Virus record (IMG/VR): IMGVR_UViG_3300045988_072133
Coordinates: 1 to 64,000 of that record
DNA length: 64,000 nt
DNA from: a virus
Strand: one strand, 5' to 3'
Shown: piece after piece, positions 41,506 to 50,213 of the stretch
Layout: every line of letters starts with the position of its first letter
How positions within the stretch are numbered: the first letter of the stretch is position 1
The notes under the pieces: model-generated
Databases searched by the model: none
What the model saw: only the letters and a program-made list of their open reading frames with translations
What the model was told of the DNA's origin: nothing
Translations under genes and position numbers: made by a program

Positions 41506-43020
41506 TTACTCAGTAAGAATATTCGGAATCATACTCATGGTACGAGTAGGATCCAGGATTAATACACCCAGAGTAGCCATCTTGTGGATCTGTGCAGAAT
41601 CCTCAGGATACGACATATACGGGTTGTTCATACCACCAGTAAAAGGATTGCGCAGGCCCCACATGTAACCACGATACTCTTCCTTACCACGAACCTTAGC
41701 TAGCTGAATATTAGGCTCCTCAGTAGTACCAATGCACATAATGTCATAACGGTACGACTCTGCAACACCGCCATTCGGGTGCATGATCTTGTTACGTACC
41801 TGATCGTCGTAGAGAGGATTAACATCAATCTTAATAGTTACACCATTAGGAGCTTTGTACTCTACGAACTGGAAACCTGCACTCAGAGCATTCTCATGAA
41901 GCTTGCTCGAAGTCTTTGAAATAATAGCAGGATTAGCTGCATTACCACCAAGATACTGGAATACAGTCCATCCAGATACTACATCAAGAACTGCCTTATG
42001 GAACTGTACAGCACCACGAGAACCAGTCTCAATAACAAAGGTACGATCCGAGTAATCAAGCTTCGACTCTGACAGCTCGAAGAGAGCATCCTCAAGAGTC
42101 TTCAGACTAAACTTAGTGTAATAACGAGTATTACCTACAGACATCTGAGCACGGATACCATCGCCCATCTTAATGACATTACCGGACTTACCAAAGTTCA
42201 GATACTCACCGTTCTTATTACGGTTCGAGCGGCCAAACATTATAATGTTCGACTTATATTCTGAGAAGGTTTCCTCCAGCTTATAGTCTACATGGTGAAT
42301 CCATGAATTTGCTACTTGCTTGTTACCAGCCTTATCTACAAAAGGTATACCAATAGCCAGCTTCTTATCAAGAATATTTCCAGGAACCTTAGTCTGGATA
42401 CGAATGTGTGACCATTCATTACGCATAGCAGTAGAGCTAGTATAACGAACATCACCTACTTCCAGCGACATCGTATCCTCAACAGGAGCATATTCCCAGC
42501 TGAACCGTTTACCAGCAACAAGCTGACTTACGGGCATGCCATCAAGAACGCCTCCCATAAGTTCTACGGTATAAACTGCATTCGAACCTTCAAGTCTCGG
42601 CTGACCCAGAATACGCAGGGGATAAACCTCATTAAGTTCACCTACGATTACCTCGCCATCAGCAAACCAGTCTTCGGGGAAAACAACCTTGAAGGGCTGT
42701 CCGTTGGCACCAGCAAAAGTCTCGGTATCCCCAGTATTCTCAAGAACTTGATCACTCATATCACGAGCCTCTACAAGGGGAATATTACGACGAGAACTGC
42801 CAATGACTTCCCAAGTGTACTCATCATCAGTTTCAAAGTACTTAACAGGGAATCTCTGGAGATAACTATCGAGGCTCTTACCACGATGCTGAGCCAGAAG
42901 CTGTACCATAATATTAGTAGCTTTCTGAGGCGCACGACCAAAAATAGCTCCGATGTGGTTATCTCGGGTTAAGCCTTTCCACGAAGTGAAGGCTTTCATT
43001 TGAAATTTACCTAGTTGCAT
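41506..43020 (-). CDS. putative major capsid protein (504 aa)
   Basis: Size matches crAss-like MCPs (~490-505 aa); elevated GC; preceded by acidic scaffold-like gene and followed by strong hairpin; no sequence motif verifiable by eye. Confidence 0.5.
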   Translation of the reverse strand: MQLGKFQMKAFTSWKGLTRDNHIGAIFGRAPQKATNIMVQLLAQHRGKSLDSYLQRFPVKYFETDDEYTWEVIGSSRRNIPLVEARDMSDQVLENTGDTETFAGANGQPFKVVFPEDWFADGEVIVGELNEVYPLRILGQPRLEGSNAVYTVELMGGVLDGMPVSQLVAGKRFSWEYAPVEDTMSLEVGDVRYTSSTAMRNEWSHIRIQTKVPGNILDKKLAIGIPFVDKAGNKQVANSWIHHVDYKLEETFSEYKSNIIMFGRSNRNKNGEYLNFGKSGNVIKMGDGIRAQMSVGNTRYYTKFSLKTLEDALFELSESKLDYSDRTFVIETGSRGAVQFHKAVLDVVSGWTVFQYLGGNAANPAIISKTSSKLHENALSAGFQFVEYKAPNGVTIKIDVNPLYDDQVRNKIMHPNGGVAESYRYDIMCIGTTEEPNIQLAKVRGKEEYRGYMWGLRNPFTGGMNNPYMSYPEDSAQIHKMATLGVLILDPTRTMSMIPNILTE

Positions 43021-43035
43021 AATTTATTAATTTAA

Positions 43036-44196
43036 TTAAACGTCAATTCTATCAATGAAGTCAAAGGATTCTTCCTCAGGCTCCATATTAAAGTTAACGC
43101 TACCATCATCCAAAGTTCTAGTATTGTTGAGTTTATGCTCTAATTCTCGTAGAGCACCTTTCTTAGCTTTAGTTAACTTCTGATTAACTAACTTATCAAT
43201 ATTCTTAAAGCCATCCGTAAGTGTATACATTAGAGAAAGGTAGTATTGAGCATCCAAAGAATTCTCTCTAATATACTTCTGAATAGGAGTCATAATATGA
43301 CCATCCTCATCTTTGTAACTAGCCTTAGTCATATTATTATAGACCTTCTCTCTAGTACCCTTATCAAGGTTAATACCATCAAAAGGTTTATCAGTATTTA
43401 GTACCTTAGCTTTAAACTCTTTAAGCTGTTTTTCCTGAGCAGCTTTTGCAGCAGCAGCAGCAGCTTTTCTTTCCTCAACAATAGAATGATACTCTTCTTT
43501 ATAGAAGTCTAAACAGCTTTCAAGAGCTGCCTTAGCATCTTCAATATCTGTACCAGCATTAATAGATCTCTCTACTTCTCGCTGAGCACGTTCTTTCTTA
43601 AATCCACGATTAATATAATCACTATATATAATCTTCTTACGAAGTGTTTCTGCATCATCAGATTCAGCTTCAAGCTCCTCTTCAGATATATCAGAGAGAT
43701 ACTGAATAGCTCCCTCATAACGCTGAATAACATCAGGTTCCACACCGGCATTAAGCATATCTCGGATACGTTTCTGCTCAGCATCTAGACCTGCATCTAT
43801 CTGCTTCTTTAAAGCTGCAGCGAAAGATTCACTATCCTTTATCTCTTTGATTTCATCTTCGCTTAAGTCCGGGAAAATACCATCTTCGTAACAAGCCAGT
43901 GCGACGGAAGCAAGTATTGGTGTATTGGGAGAAGTTTTATCGCTAGGATCCTTGTCCTTAGTGGTATCTTCCCCGCTTAAGCTAGGATAAGGATCTTCTC
44001 CTTCTCCTTCCTCAGCACCTCCGCCCTCTTGCTTACCCTTAAAAATCCCTTTAGGATCAGGGTCCGCATCTGTACTGGTATCTGTAGGAGGATCATTATC
44101 GGGAGCTCCAAACTCCAGATCTTCCTCCTCAATTTTAATATCAATAGCGTCGTCTCCGAACGCATTGAGTAAATCCATTGATAAAGTTTCTTCCAT
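43036..44196 (-). CDS. acidic coiled-coil protein, scaffold-like (386 aa)
   Basis: N-terminal D/E/P-rich region, central KAAAAAAKAAQEKQLKEFKAK coiled coil; sits immediately upstream of MCP candidate. Confidence 0.35.
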   Translation of the reverse strand: MEETLSMDLLNAFGDDAIDIKIEEEDLEFGAPDNDPPTDTSTDADPDPKGIFKGKQEGGGAEEGEGEDPYPSLSGEDTTKDKDPSDKTSPNTPILASVALACYEDGIFPDLSEDEIKEIKDSESFAAALKKQIDAGLDAEQKRIRDMLNAGVEPDVIQRYEGAIQYLSDISEEELEAESDDAETLRKKIIYSDYINRGFKKERAQREVERSINAGTDIEDAKAALESCLDFYKEEYHSIVEERKAAAAAAKAAQEKQLKEFKAKVLNTDKPFDGINLDKGTREKVYNNMTKASYKDEDGHIMTPIQKYIRENSLDAQYYLSLMYTLTDGFKNIDKLVNQKLTKAKKGALRELEHKLNNTRTLDDGSVNFNMEPEEESFDFIDRIDV

Positions 44197-44239
44197 ACTT
44201 CTCCAAAAATTTTAATCTTAATTAGTTAATCTCTTTACA

Positions 44240-44280
44240 TAGATTAATGCAAATATATGAATATTTTTTCATATATAAAA
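44240..44280 (-). promoter_or_regulatory. second copy of conserved promoter-like element ending in TATATTTG
   Basis: Minus-sense tatGAAAAAATATTCaTATATTTGcat; 21/24 identical to the element at 35610-35633. Confidence 0.4.
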
Positions 44281-44331
44281 TACTTTTAGAAATTCACTAA
44301 TAAATTACACCAATAATTACTACTTTATTTC

Positions 44332-44775
44332 CTATTTAACAGTAATCCATATCTGCTCTCCAGCAGCTACAGCTTTGTCAAATTTATCTAGTAAAGCTAA
44401 GAAAGTTACCTTGCTGTTAGATATTCTTCCACTAAAGTAATTCTTTCCAACTAAGATACAGCCTGACGAATCAGCCGCACTGTTACCCCAATGTATTAAT
44501 ATACCGGTAAATGAAGGAACATTATTTAGCAGAGGCATGTTCCTATTATTTACCTTAGGACTAAACTTGGGAGAGTTTACCAGTGTAATTCTATATCTAC
44601 CATTAGGTATAGCAGTTTCATGCATAACCTTCTTCTCATCTCCATCAAAAATACCATTAGAATTCTTATCTCTATCAGTATCTTCAACGGTATCGCACTC
44701 GTATACTCCATTTACGTAAAGTTTCCCACCTGTATACGAGCTTTGTCTATCTATACGCTGTAAGAGTAATTCCAT
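44332..44775 (-). CDS. putative peptidoglycan peptidase, YkuD/L,D-transpeptidase-like His/Cys fold (147 aa); endolysin candidate
   Basis: GKLYVNGVYECDTVED then ILIHWGNSAADSSGCILVG (His-x12-Cys) resembling the YkuD catalytic arrangement; adjacent to two membrane/coiled-coil genes. Confidence 0.35.
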   Translation of the reverse strand: MELLLQRIDRQSSYTGGKLYVNGVYECDTVEDTDRDKNSNGIFDGDEKKVMHETAIPNGRYRITLVNSPKFSPKVNNRNMPLLNNVPSFTGILIHWGNSAADSSGCILVGKNYFSGRISNSKVTFLALLDKFDKAVAAGEQIWITVK

Positions 44776-44777
44776 AA

Positions 44778-45044
44778 CTAAGGGATTTCTGGACGATTAG
44801 TAGTCTCCTCCCTAGCCTTTTTAAGCTCCTGTAACAGCTCATTTACTGTTGTATGAAGTTCCTCATTAACCTTCAGAAGACGTGCTATTTCATCTCGGTA
44901 GAACTCTCGCATTTTAACAAGAGTTTCTATCTCAACAAGAGTTGCATTAGCATCTGAAGTTCTCTTGCCACCAAGTTTCCAGGTAACAATTATTGAGAGT
45001 AAGTTAGATACTCCTAGAGCGCCCAGCAATGTAAACCAATCCAT
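44778..45044 (-). CDS. small N-terminal-TM plus coiled-coil protein (88 aa); holin or spanin-like
   Basis: WFTLLGALGVSNLLSIIVTW TM followed by coiled coil. Confidence 0.35.
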   Translation of the reverse strand: MDWFTLLGALGVSNLLSIIVTWKLGGKRTSDANATLVEIETLVKMREFYRDEIARLLKVNEELHTTVNELLQELKKAREETTNRPEIP

Positions 45045-45655
45045 TATTCGATTACTTGAATGTATCTCTCAGTCTCGGAGTAAATGTAGGGACTCTCCTC
45101 AACTACATCGACCAATAGAACCTTATGTTTACGTTGAAACCACCTACACAAGAAGAACTTCTTAGGAGGCTTAATAGTCTCCTTCTGAAGATGCCCTACA
45201 ACGGTTCGTTCACTCCTAAACTTAGGTTCTACAACTACCTTATTAGGATATTCTAATCCAAGCCTAAGGCTGTACCACTTATCCCTAATAGTAGTATCAA
45301 TCTTAACATCAGGTTGAAATATTGTATCCCGTAAAATCACAGTGTCCTTCTTAGATGCAATACTTAGTTGATATTCTAAATATCGAACATCCTTATCTCT
45401 AATCTTGAGCTTTTTTTGAACTTCTAATAACTTCCTATTAATAGAATCTTTACTAGATTTAAGCTCTTCAATCGTAAACTTAAAGGCTCTTTTCTCGTTA
45501 GTAAGAGAATCGTTCTCCGCCGCATACGCTTTTATATTAGTATATGCCGCAGAGACTTCTTCTCGTAAACTATTAATTTTATTATAAGCTCCGAAGCATA
45601 TCCCACCAAGGGCTAGTATTACTAATCCTTGAATTGCTATTATTTTCCATCTCAT
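45044..45655 (-). CDS. type-II membrane coiled-coil protein (203 aa); i-spanin-like
   Basis: N-terminal anchor IIAIQGLVILALGGICFGAY followed by long coiled coil; TAATG coupling. Confidence 0.35.
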   Translation of the reverse strand: MRWKIIAIQGLVILALGGICFGAYNKINSLREEVSAAYTNIKAYAAENDSLTNEKRAFKFTIEELKSSKDSINRKLLEVQKKLKIRDKDVRYLEYQLSIASKKDTVILRDTIFQPDVKIDTTIRDKWYSLRLGLEYPNKVVVEPKFRSERTVVGHLQKETIKPPKKFFLCRWFQRKHKVLLVDVVEESPYIYSETERYIQVIE

Positions 45656-45662
45656 AATCTCA

Positions 45663-47969
45663 TTACGAAGTAAGGGCTGTTCTTATAGCTCCTGTAGTAT
45701 TTTCATTCTGATCCGCTAGCTTAACTAGGGAAGGATATGCTACATAAAACGTACCCCAATATACTTCCTTACTGTTTACTGTTAAAGTATTTAAAGGCTT
45801 AAAATAATATTCAAAAACGGCTCCGGGAGGTATTAAAATACTTGTCAAGTTTACTGAATGATCTCCCCATGTTACTCCACATTTACACACGGAGCTACTA
45901 TGAATATTCACAGTAATAATAGCACTTCTTGATACATTCAATATAACTCCTCTATAAATAGAAGCATTATCTAATACTCCATTTGATTTGGCTATCAATA
46001 GCGTAGTTGATGCGTCTGCATCACTTGTGGTATATGCATTAAGGGAGTGAATGTTAGCATCTAATCCTGACAAGAAAATCTCTTGTAATTCTTGACGAAT
46101 ATTACCAGTAAGAGAAATATTACTAGCTACTAAATTATCCGCTGTAATATTTCCACTAGCATCAAACCTAATTTTACCAGCTGCTAAAAATCCTTCTCCA
46201 GTTTTAAAGTTAAATGCTATATTGGGAATAAATACTCCAGCAGTAGGATTAGTAGGCTCAAATGCTTCATAATTAGTAGAAATTTGACCACTAGCATCAA
46301 TACCTTGCTGGCTAAACATCCAATCTCCGGTAAATACAGCAGATCCTATAAGTCCATTAGATATAATACCAATCTTAGTAAATAATGCTTCAAATGCTTC
46401 TAATTTAATCCAACTACCACTCGTGTCAGTACTAGGAGTCTGATTATTATGTGCTGTACCAAGCCAAGTACCAACCTTATTTAGGACGTAATAATTATCA
46501 TCCCCAGAATCATATACATAAGGAGTTTTATTCGCATCACATATATATGTAACAGTTGTAGAATAAATCCCCTCAGGATATATTATTTGACCTTTAGAAC
46601 CAGGAGCACCAGGCATGCCAGGAGCTCCTTCTAAACCATTAGTACCACTTAGTTTAGCAGGGATAGACCATGCTCCATCTACAGAACCAACTCTGTCAGA
46701 ATTGTCTACATAGTTAATACGAGCCTGTATAAACCATATATAAGGATTAGCTTCAGTAACAGTAGGAACATTAGTACTCCATCCAGTCGGATTCCTATTA
46801 GATCCTAAATCTGTACTACCAGTATATGTAGATTCTGTACCAAGACAGTACTGTACTTCAATACCTACTCCAGGAATTCCTGATACACCATTTTTACCAG
46901 CAGGGCCAGGATCACCAGCTGGTCCAGTAGCTCCATCTTTCCCATCTTTTCCCGGAGGACCTTGTGGCCCTTCTGGACCGGCTTCTCCACTAATAACAGT
47001 AGGAGTAGACCAATTGGTATATAAGGTATCATTAGGATTAATAGTAGCTACAATCATCCATATAAACTCCTGGGTAGCCTTAACGGCAGGGATCATAGAC
47101 CAGCCTGTAGGAGTCCTCATAGTATTATCAAGAGCAGGAGGAGTAATATTACTGAAGTTTATTGCAAAGCGAAACTCTGTATATTTGCCATCCTGAGCAG
47201 TACCATCACGACCATTTACAGGTAATACTTCAGACCATTCAGATACTAGGCCTGTAGATCCTGTAACAGTACCTATACACTGCCACCAATTACCACTGGT
47301 AGTAGGATAGTCTTCCCATCCCTCAGGATTGGGATTTGTACTAGTAGGAGGCTCAGGTTTAGAGCTACTTAACTTATAGACATAAGTCTTGTAGTTGGGA
47401 ACACTTCCTGCAGGCCCTTTAGGACCTTCAGGCCCAGGTTCTCCTGGGTCACCCTTATCTCCTTTGGTACCAGTCATAAGAAGGGGATCACTCCACTCAC
47501 CTATTAATACTGTATCTTTAAAGGTTGCAGTAATAGACCAAATACTATCTGAAGTAGTATGAATTGGAACTACATTTCCCCAGATAGACCCTGGGTTAGG
47601 GTTGTCCTTAACAACAATAGGAGGAGTATTTGAAGTGCTAGTTTTCGAATACATTATTCTAATACTAGTACCATCAGAGCCCTTTGGTAATCCAAAACAG
47701 AATTTAAAGATATTTCCATCTAATGTTACAGAGGCGTCTGCTTGACTAGTAGATTCTACTTGATCTACAGTAGCTTCGAAATTTTCAGGAGTACTTCCAC
47801 CCTGACCTCCTACTAAAACCCACTTATCTTGAATACAATCAAAGGCTAGTAGTTCCCACAAAGGAGAACCACTAGTTGTAGGATGTAACCAAGTAAGATT
47901 AAGAGCTTCTTCAGGGGGGGGCTCAATACCTACCCAAATTTTTCCAAATCCATTTATATAATGATACAT
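45663..47969 (-). CDS. collagen-like tail fibre (about 768 aa from ATG at 47969; ORF track gives TTG start at 47978)
   Basis: Three G-X-Y runs: GDKGDPGEPGPEGPKGPAG (nt ~47401-47470), GEAGPEGPQGPPGKDGKDGATGPAGDPGPAGKNGVSGIPG (nt ~46861-46990), GLEGAPGMPGAPGSKG (nt ~46601-46650); N-terminal adapter motif shared with 51096-51971. Confidence 0.7.
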   Translation of the reverse strand: MYHYINGFGKIWVGIEPPPEEALNLTWLHPTTSGSPLWELLAFDCIQDKWVLVGGQGGSTPENFEATVDQVESTSQADASVTLDGNIFKFCFGLPKGSDGTSIRIMYSKTSTSNTPPIVVKDNPNPGSIWGNVVPIHTTSDSIWSITATFKDTVLIGEWSDPLLMTGTKGDKGDPGEPGPEGPKGPAGSVPNYKTYVYKLSSSKPEPPTSTNPNPEGWEDYPTTSGNWWQCIGTVTGSTGLVSEWSEVLPVNGRDGTAQDGKYTEFRFAINFSNITPPALDNTMRTPTGWSMIPAVKATQEFIWMIVATINPNDTLYTNWSTPTVISGEAGPEGPQGPPGKDGKDGATGPAGDPGPAGKNGVSGIPGVGIEVQYCLGTESTYTGSTDLGSNRNPTGWSTNVPTVTEANPYIWFIQARINYVDNSDRVGSVDGAWSIPAKLSGTNGLEGAPGMPGAPGSKGQIIYPEGIYSTTVTYICDANKTPYVYDSGDDNYYVLNKVGTWLGTAHNNQTPSTDTSGSWIKLEAFEALFTKIGIISNGLIGSAVFTGDWMFSQQGIDASGQISTNYEAFEPTNPTAGVFIPNIAFNFKTGEGFLAAGKIRFDASGNITADNLVASNISLTGNIRQELQEIFLSGLDANIHSLNAYTTSDADASTTLLIAKSNGVLDNASIYRGVILNVSRSAIITVNIHSSSVCKCGVTWGDHSVNLTSILIPPGAVFEYYFKPLNTLTVNSKEVYWGTFYVAYPSLVKLADQNENTTGAIRTALTS

Positions 47970-47974
47970 AATTA

Positions 47975-48802
47975 TCAAACTTTATTGTGTGCAGATTTGT
48001 ATATCCTCTTCACCGTTATTCTGCTACCGATAGGATAAGATTCACCACCACTTACTGTCATAGTTAATTTACTTTCTGTGCAACTAATAGTCATTACCCC
48101 TACATCAGATATTACCTCTGAATTAGACCCGCCAGAATTATAAAACCCACTAAATTTGATATCTGATCGGGATTCCCCTACTTTGAAATTAAAAGTACGG
48201 TTAACGTTAATGCCAGAGACAAAATATGTATTAGGATCACTTGGGTCCATTAAATCATATATTACAGTAATTAAATCTCCACTCTGTAAACTTTTAGAAA
48301 AGTCAAACATATCCGGAGCGTTGTCACCTAATTGAACGCTTCCTTCCCAAAGAGTAGTTCCAACAGGAACACCTGCCTCATCAGCAGGTAACTTTTGCCA
48401 TGAAGTATCGTAAAGACTTGTGGACTTAAATACGTACAATGTAGGGGTACCGTTAACCTTGTTATTAAGGTCCGTACCTATGTATAAAGCCATGAAAGAG
48501 CTTATCTTTATAGCGTACCCTTTTAAAGGCACATCGGGGCCGTTTGTTGCTGTCTTAGCACTTTCAAAAGTAACGAATTCTCCGACTTTTATATCGGAGC
48601 TGAATGTTATACTCTGGCCATTTAAAGTCCACGAGTTATTCCTAAAGTTAGTGACAACAACATACTTGACTCCTTCAACAGAAGCAAGATCAGCTATTTG
48701 TTGGGCAGTAATCTTCTCTGTGGCAGAGACCTGAAATTCCTCGTTACCAGTAGCAGCAGCTTTCTTGATAAACTCAGAAATATCTTTGTAAACATTTGCC
48801 AT
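47975..48802 (-). CDS. hypothetical tail/fibre-associated protein (275 aa)
   Basis: ORF only. Confidence 0.35.
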   Translation of the reverse strand: MANVYKDISEFIKKAAATGNEEFQVSATEKITAQQIADLASVEGVKYVVVTNFRNNSWTLNGQSITFSSDIKVGEFVTFESAKTATNGPDVPLKGYAIKISSFMALYIGTDLNNKVNGTPTLYVFKSTSLYDTSWQKLPADEAGVPVGTTLWEGSVQLGDNAPDMFDFSKSLQSGDLITVIYDLMDPSDPNTYFVSGINVNRTFNFKVGESRSDIKFSGFYNSGGSNSEVISDVGVMTISCTESKLTMTVSGGESYPIGSRITVKRIYKSAHNKV

Positions 48803-48820
48803 ATTTAATAATTATTTTAA

Positions 48821-49117
48821 TTAAAAACCAGCTTTATTTTTAGAGTATGCACTACATATATCTGCATAAGTGGCTATTACTAAGTTATCAGAGGTCTGAA
48901 TAACTTTAAGTGTTTTTGATGCTTGAGATCCAGAAGATCCTGTAGTTCTAAACGTAATAGTCTTCTCCCTATCTTCTCCAGTGCGGTTATAATCAGAAGT
49001 AATTCCTGTAGGGATTATAACTAAATTATCTTCAGTAATCTCACTATCATCCCACTGAAGATAAATAGAATCTGAAGCATCTATAGACCAAGGAATTGAA
49101 ATTGTCTGGATACTCAT
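48821..49117 (-). CDS. hypothetical protein (98 aa)
   Basis: ORF only. Confidence 0.3.
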   Translation of the reverse strand: MSIQTISIPWSIDASDSIYLQWDDSEITEDNLVIIPTGITSDYNRTGEDREKTITFRTTGSSGSQASKTLKVIQTSDNLVIATYADICSAYSKNKAGF

Positions 49118-49140
49118 AATACAATTTTACTAAGTTAAAA

Positions 49141-49180
49141 TAGGGAGGGGTGGCAGTTTCCCCCCCCCCCTATTAATAAT
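49141..49180 (-). terminator. G-homopolymer hairpin terminator (G11 ... CCCCUCCC) after Ig-like gene
   Basis: Minus-sense UAG...GGGGGGGGGGG-AAACUGCCA-CCCCUCCC-UAUUUUAACUU; plus strand shows C11 at 49160-49170. Confidence 0.45.
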
Positions 49181-49189
49181 CCTAATTTA

Positions 49190-49813
49190 CTAGGATACCG
49201 TAAACGTTGTGTTGGTTGTAACGTCAATGGTAACAGAACCAGTCTGCGGAACTGTAATGGTAGCGGTAGACAGGTTAAGATAAGCATCTCCAGCAGCCTG
49301 CTTAAGCTGAATAGTAGCAGTTTTGCTACCTGCAGAAGTAACTGTAATTTGCTGCGTACGTTCGCTAATAGTTGTATTAGCAGCGGCAGAAAGTGTCAGC
49401 TCAAAAGTATACTTAGCTACAGCACCAGGGTCACCAGTAATAGCAACACCATTGGTTACCTCTGTAGATGTGTTAACCTTATACTTAACCGAAGTAATAT
49501 CTGCTGTAATAACATTACCAGATCCTTTAGTAAAAGTAAGTTTATCCGAGTTGGAAGTACCTGTAATAACTACAGCTCCTCCACCCTTGACAACAGCCAT
49601 TTCAACTCCATCATCAAATGACACAAATTCAGCTGCAGCTTCAAGAGTTGCAGTGATTGTTTTATTCGGGGTAACGTCCTGAGCTGTGACTGTGAAGGTT
49701 GCATTCTTAGCAACACGATTACCTAAACTAGCGGGGTCTGCTGTAAAAGTCAGAGTAGTATTACCCGAGCCAGATGTAGGGTTAACAGAAATGTTTTGTT
49801 TAGTAACTGCCAT
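49190..49813 (-). CDS. Ig-like (BIG2-type) tandem-domain surface protein (207 aa), capsid/tail decoration candidate
   Basis: Two ~90-aa Thr/Val/Ala-rich beta-sandwich-like repeats (TFTVTAQDVTP..., VKYKVNTSTEVT...ITVTSAG); elevated GC. Confidence 0.5.
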   Translation of the reverse strand: MAVTKQNISVNPTSGSGNTTLTFTADPASLGNRVAKNATFTVTAQDVTPNKTITATLEAAAEFVSFDDGVEMAVVKGGGAVVITGTSNSDKLTFTKGSGNVITADITSVKYKVNTSTEVTNGVAITGDPGAVAKYTFELTLSAAANTTISERTQQITVTSAGSKTATIQLKQAAGDAYLNLSTATITVPQTGSVTIDVTTNTTFTVS

Positions 49814-49818
49814 AATTG

Positions 49819-50211
49819 TTAATCAATTGTAAATGTTAAATTAGTATATATTGTATTAGTATCAGTATAATTATTAAGTGCATTGAGAATAACATGTTCT
49901 TTCTCAATAGTTAAATAATCTTTTTCACCTAACCTAGTCCATAGCTCTTCACCATTATATAAAACTCTTCGTATAGTCCACGAAGGGGAATTAGCTTTTG
50001 AAGAAGACTCTTCAGCTAGATGACCTGCCTTAGTCTCGTCATAAAGACTATATACCCCATCATCATAAGTTGCAACAACTAAGTCTGATGTTACAGGTGG
50101 AGAGTAAGGCCATATTACTACTCCATTAAAGATAACTCTCTTAATAAGAGCATTATCCTTTGATGCTATTGTCTTACCATTAAAAGTAATAGTCTTTATC
50201 TTATGCCTCAT
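49819..50211 (-). CDS. hypothetical protein (130 aa)
   Basis: ORF only. Confidence 0.3.
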   Translation of the reverse strand: MRHKIKTITFNGKTIASKDNALIKRVIFNGVVIWPYSPPVTSDLVVATYDDGVYSLYDETKAGHLAEESSSKANSPSWTIRRVLYNGEELWTRLGEKDYLTIEKEHVILNALNNYTDTNTIYTNLTFTID

Positions 50212-50213
50212 AA

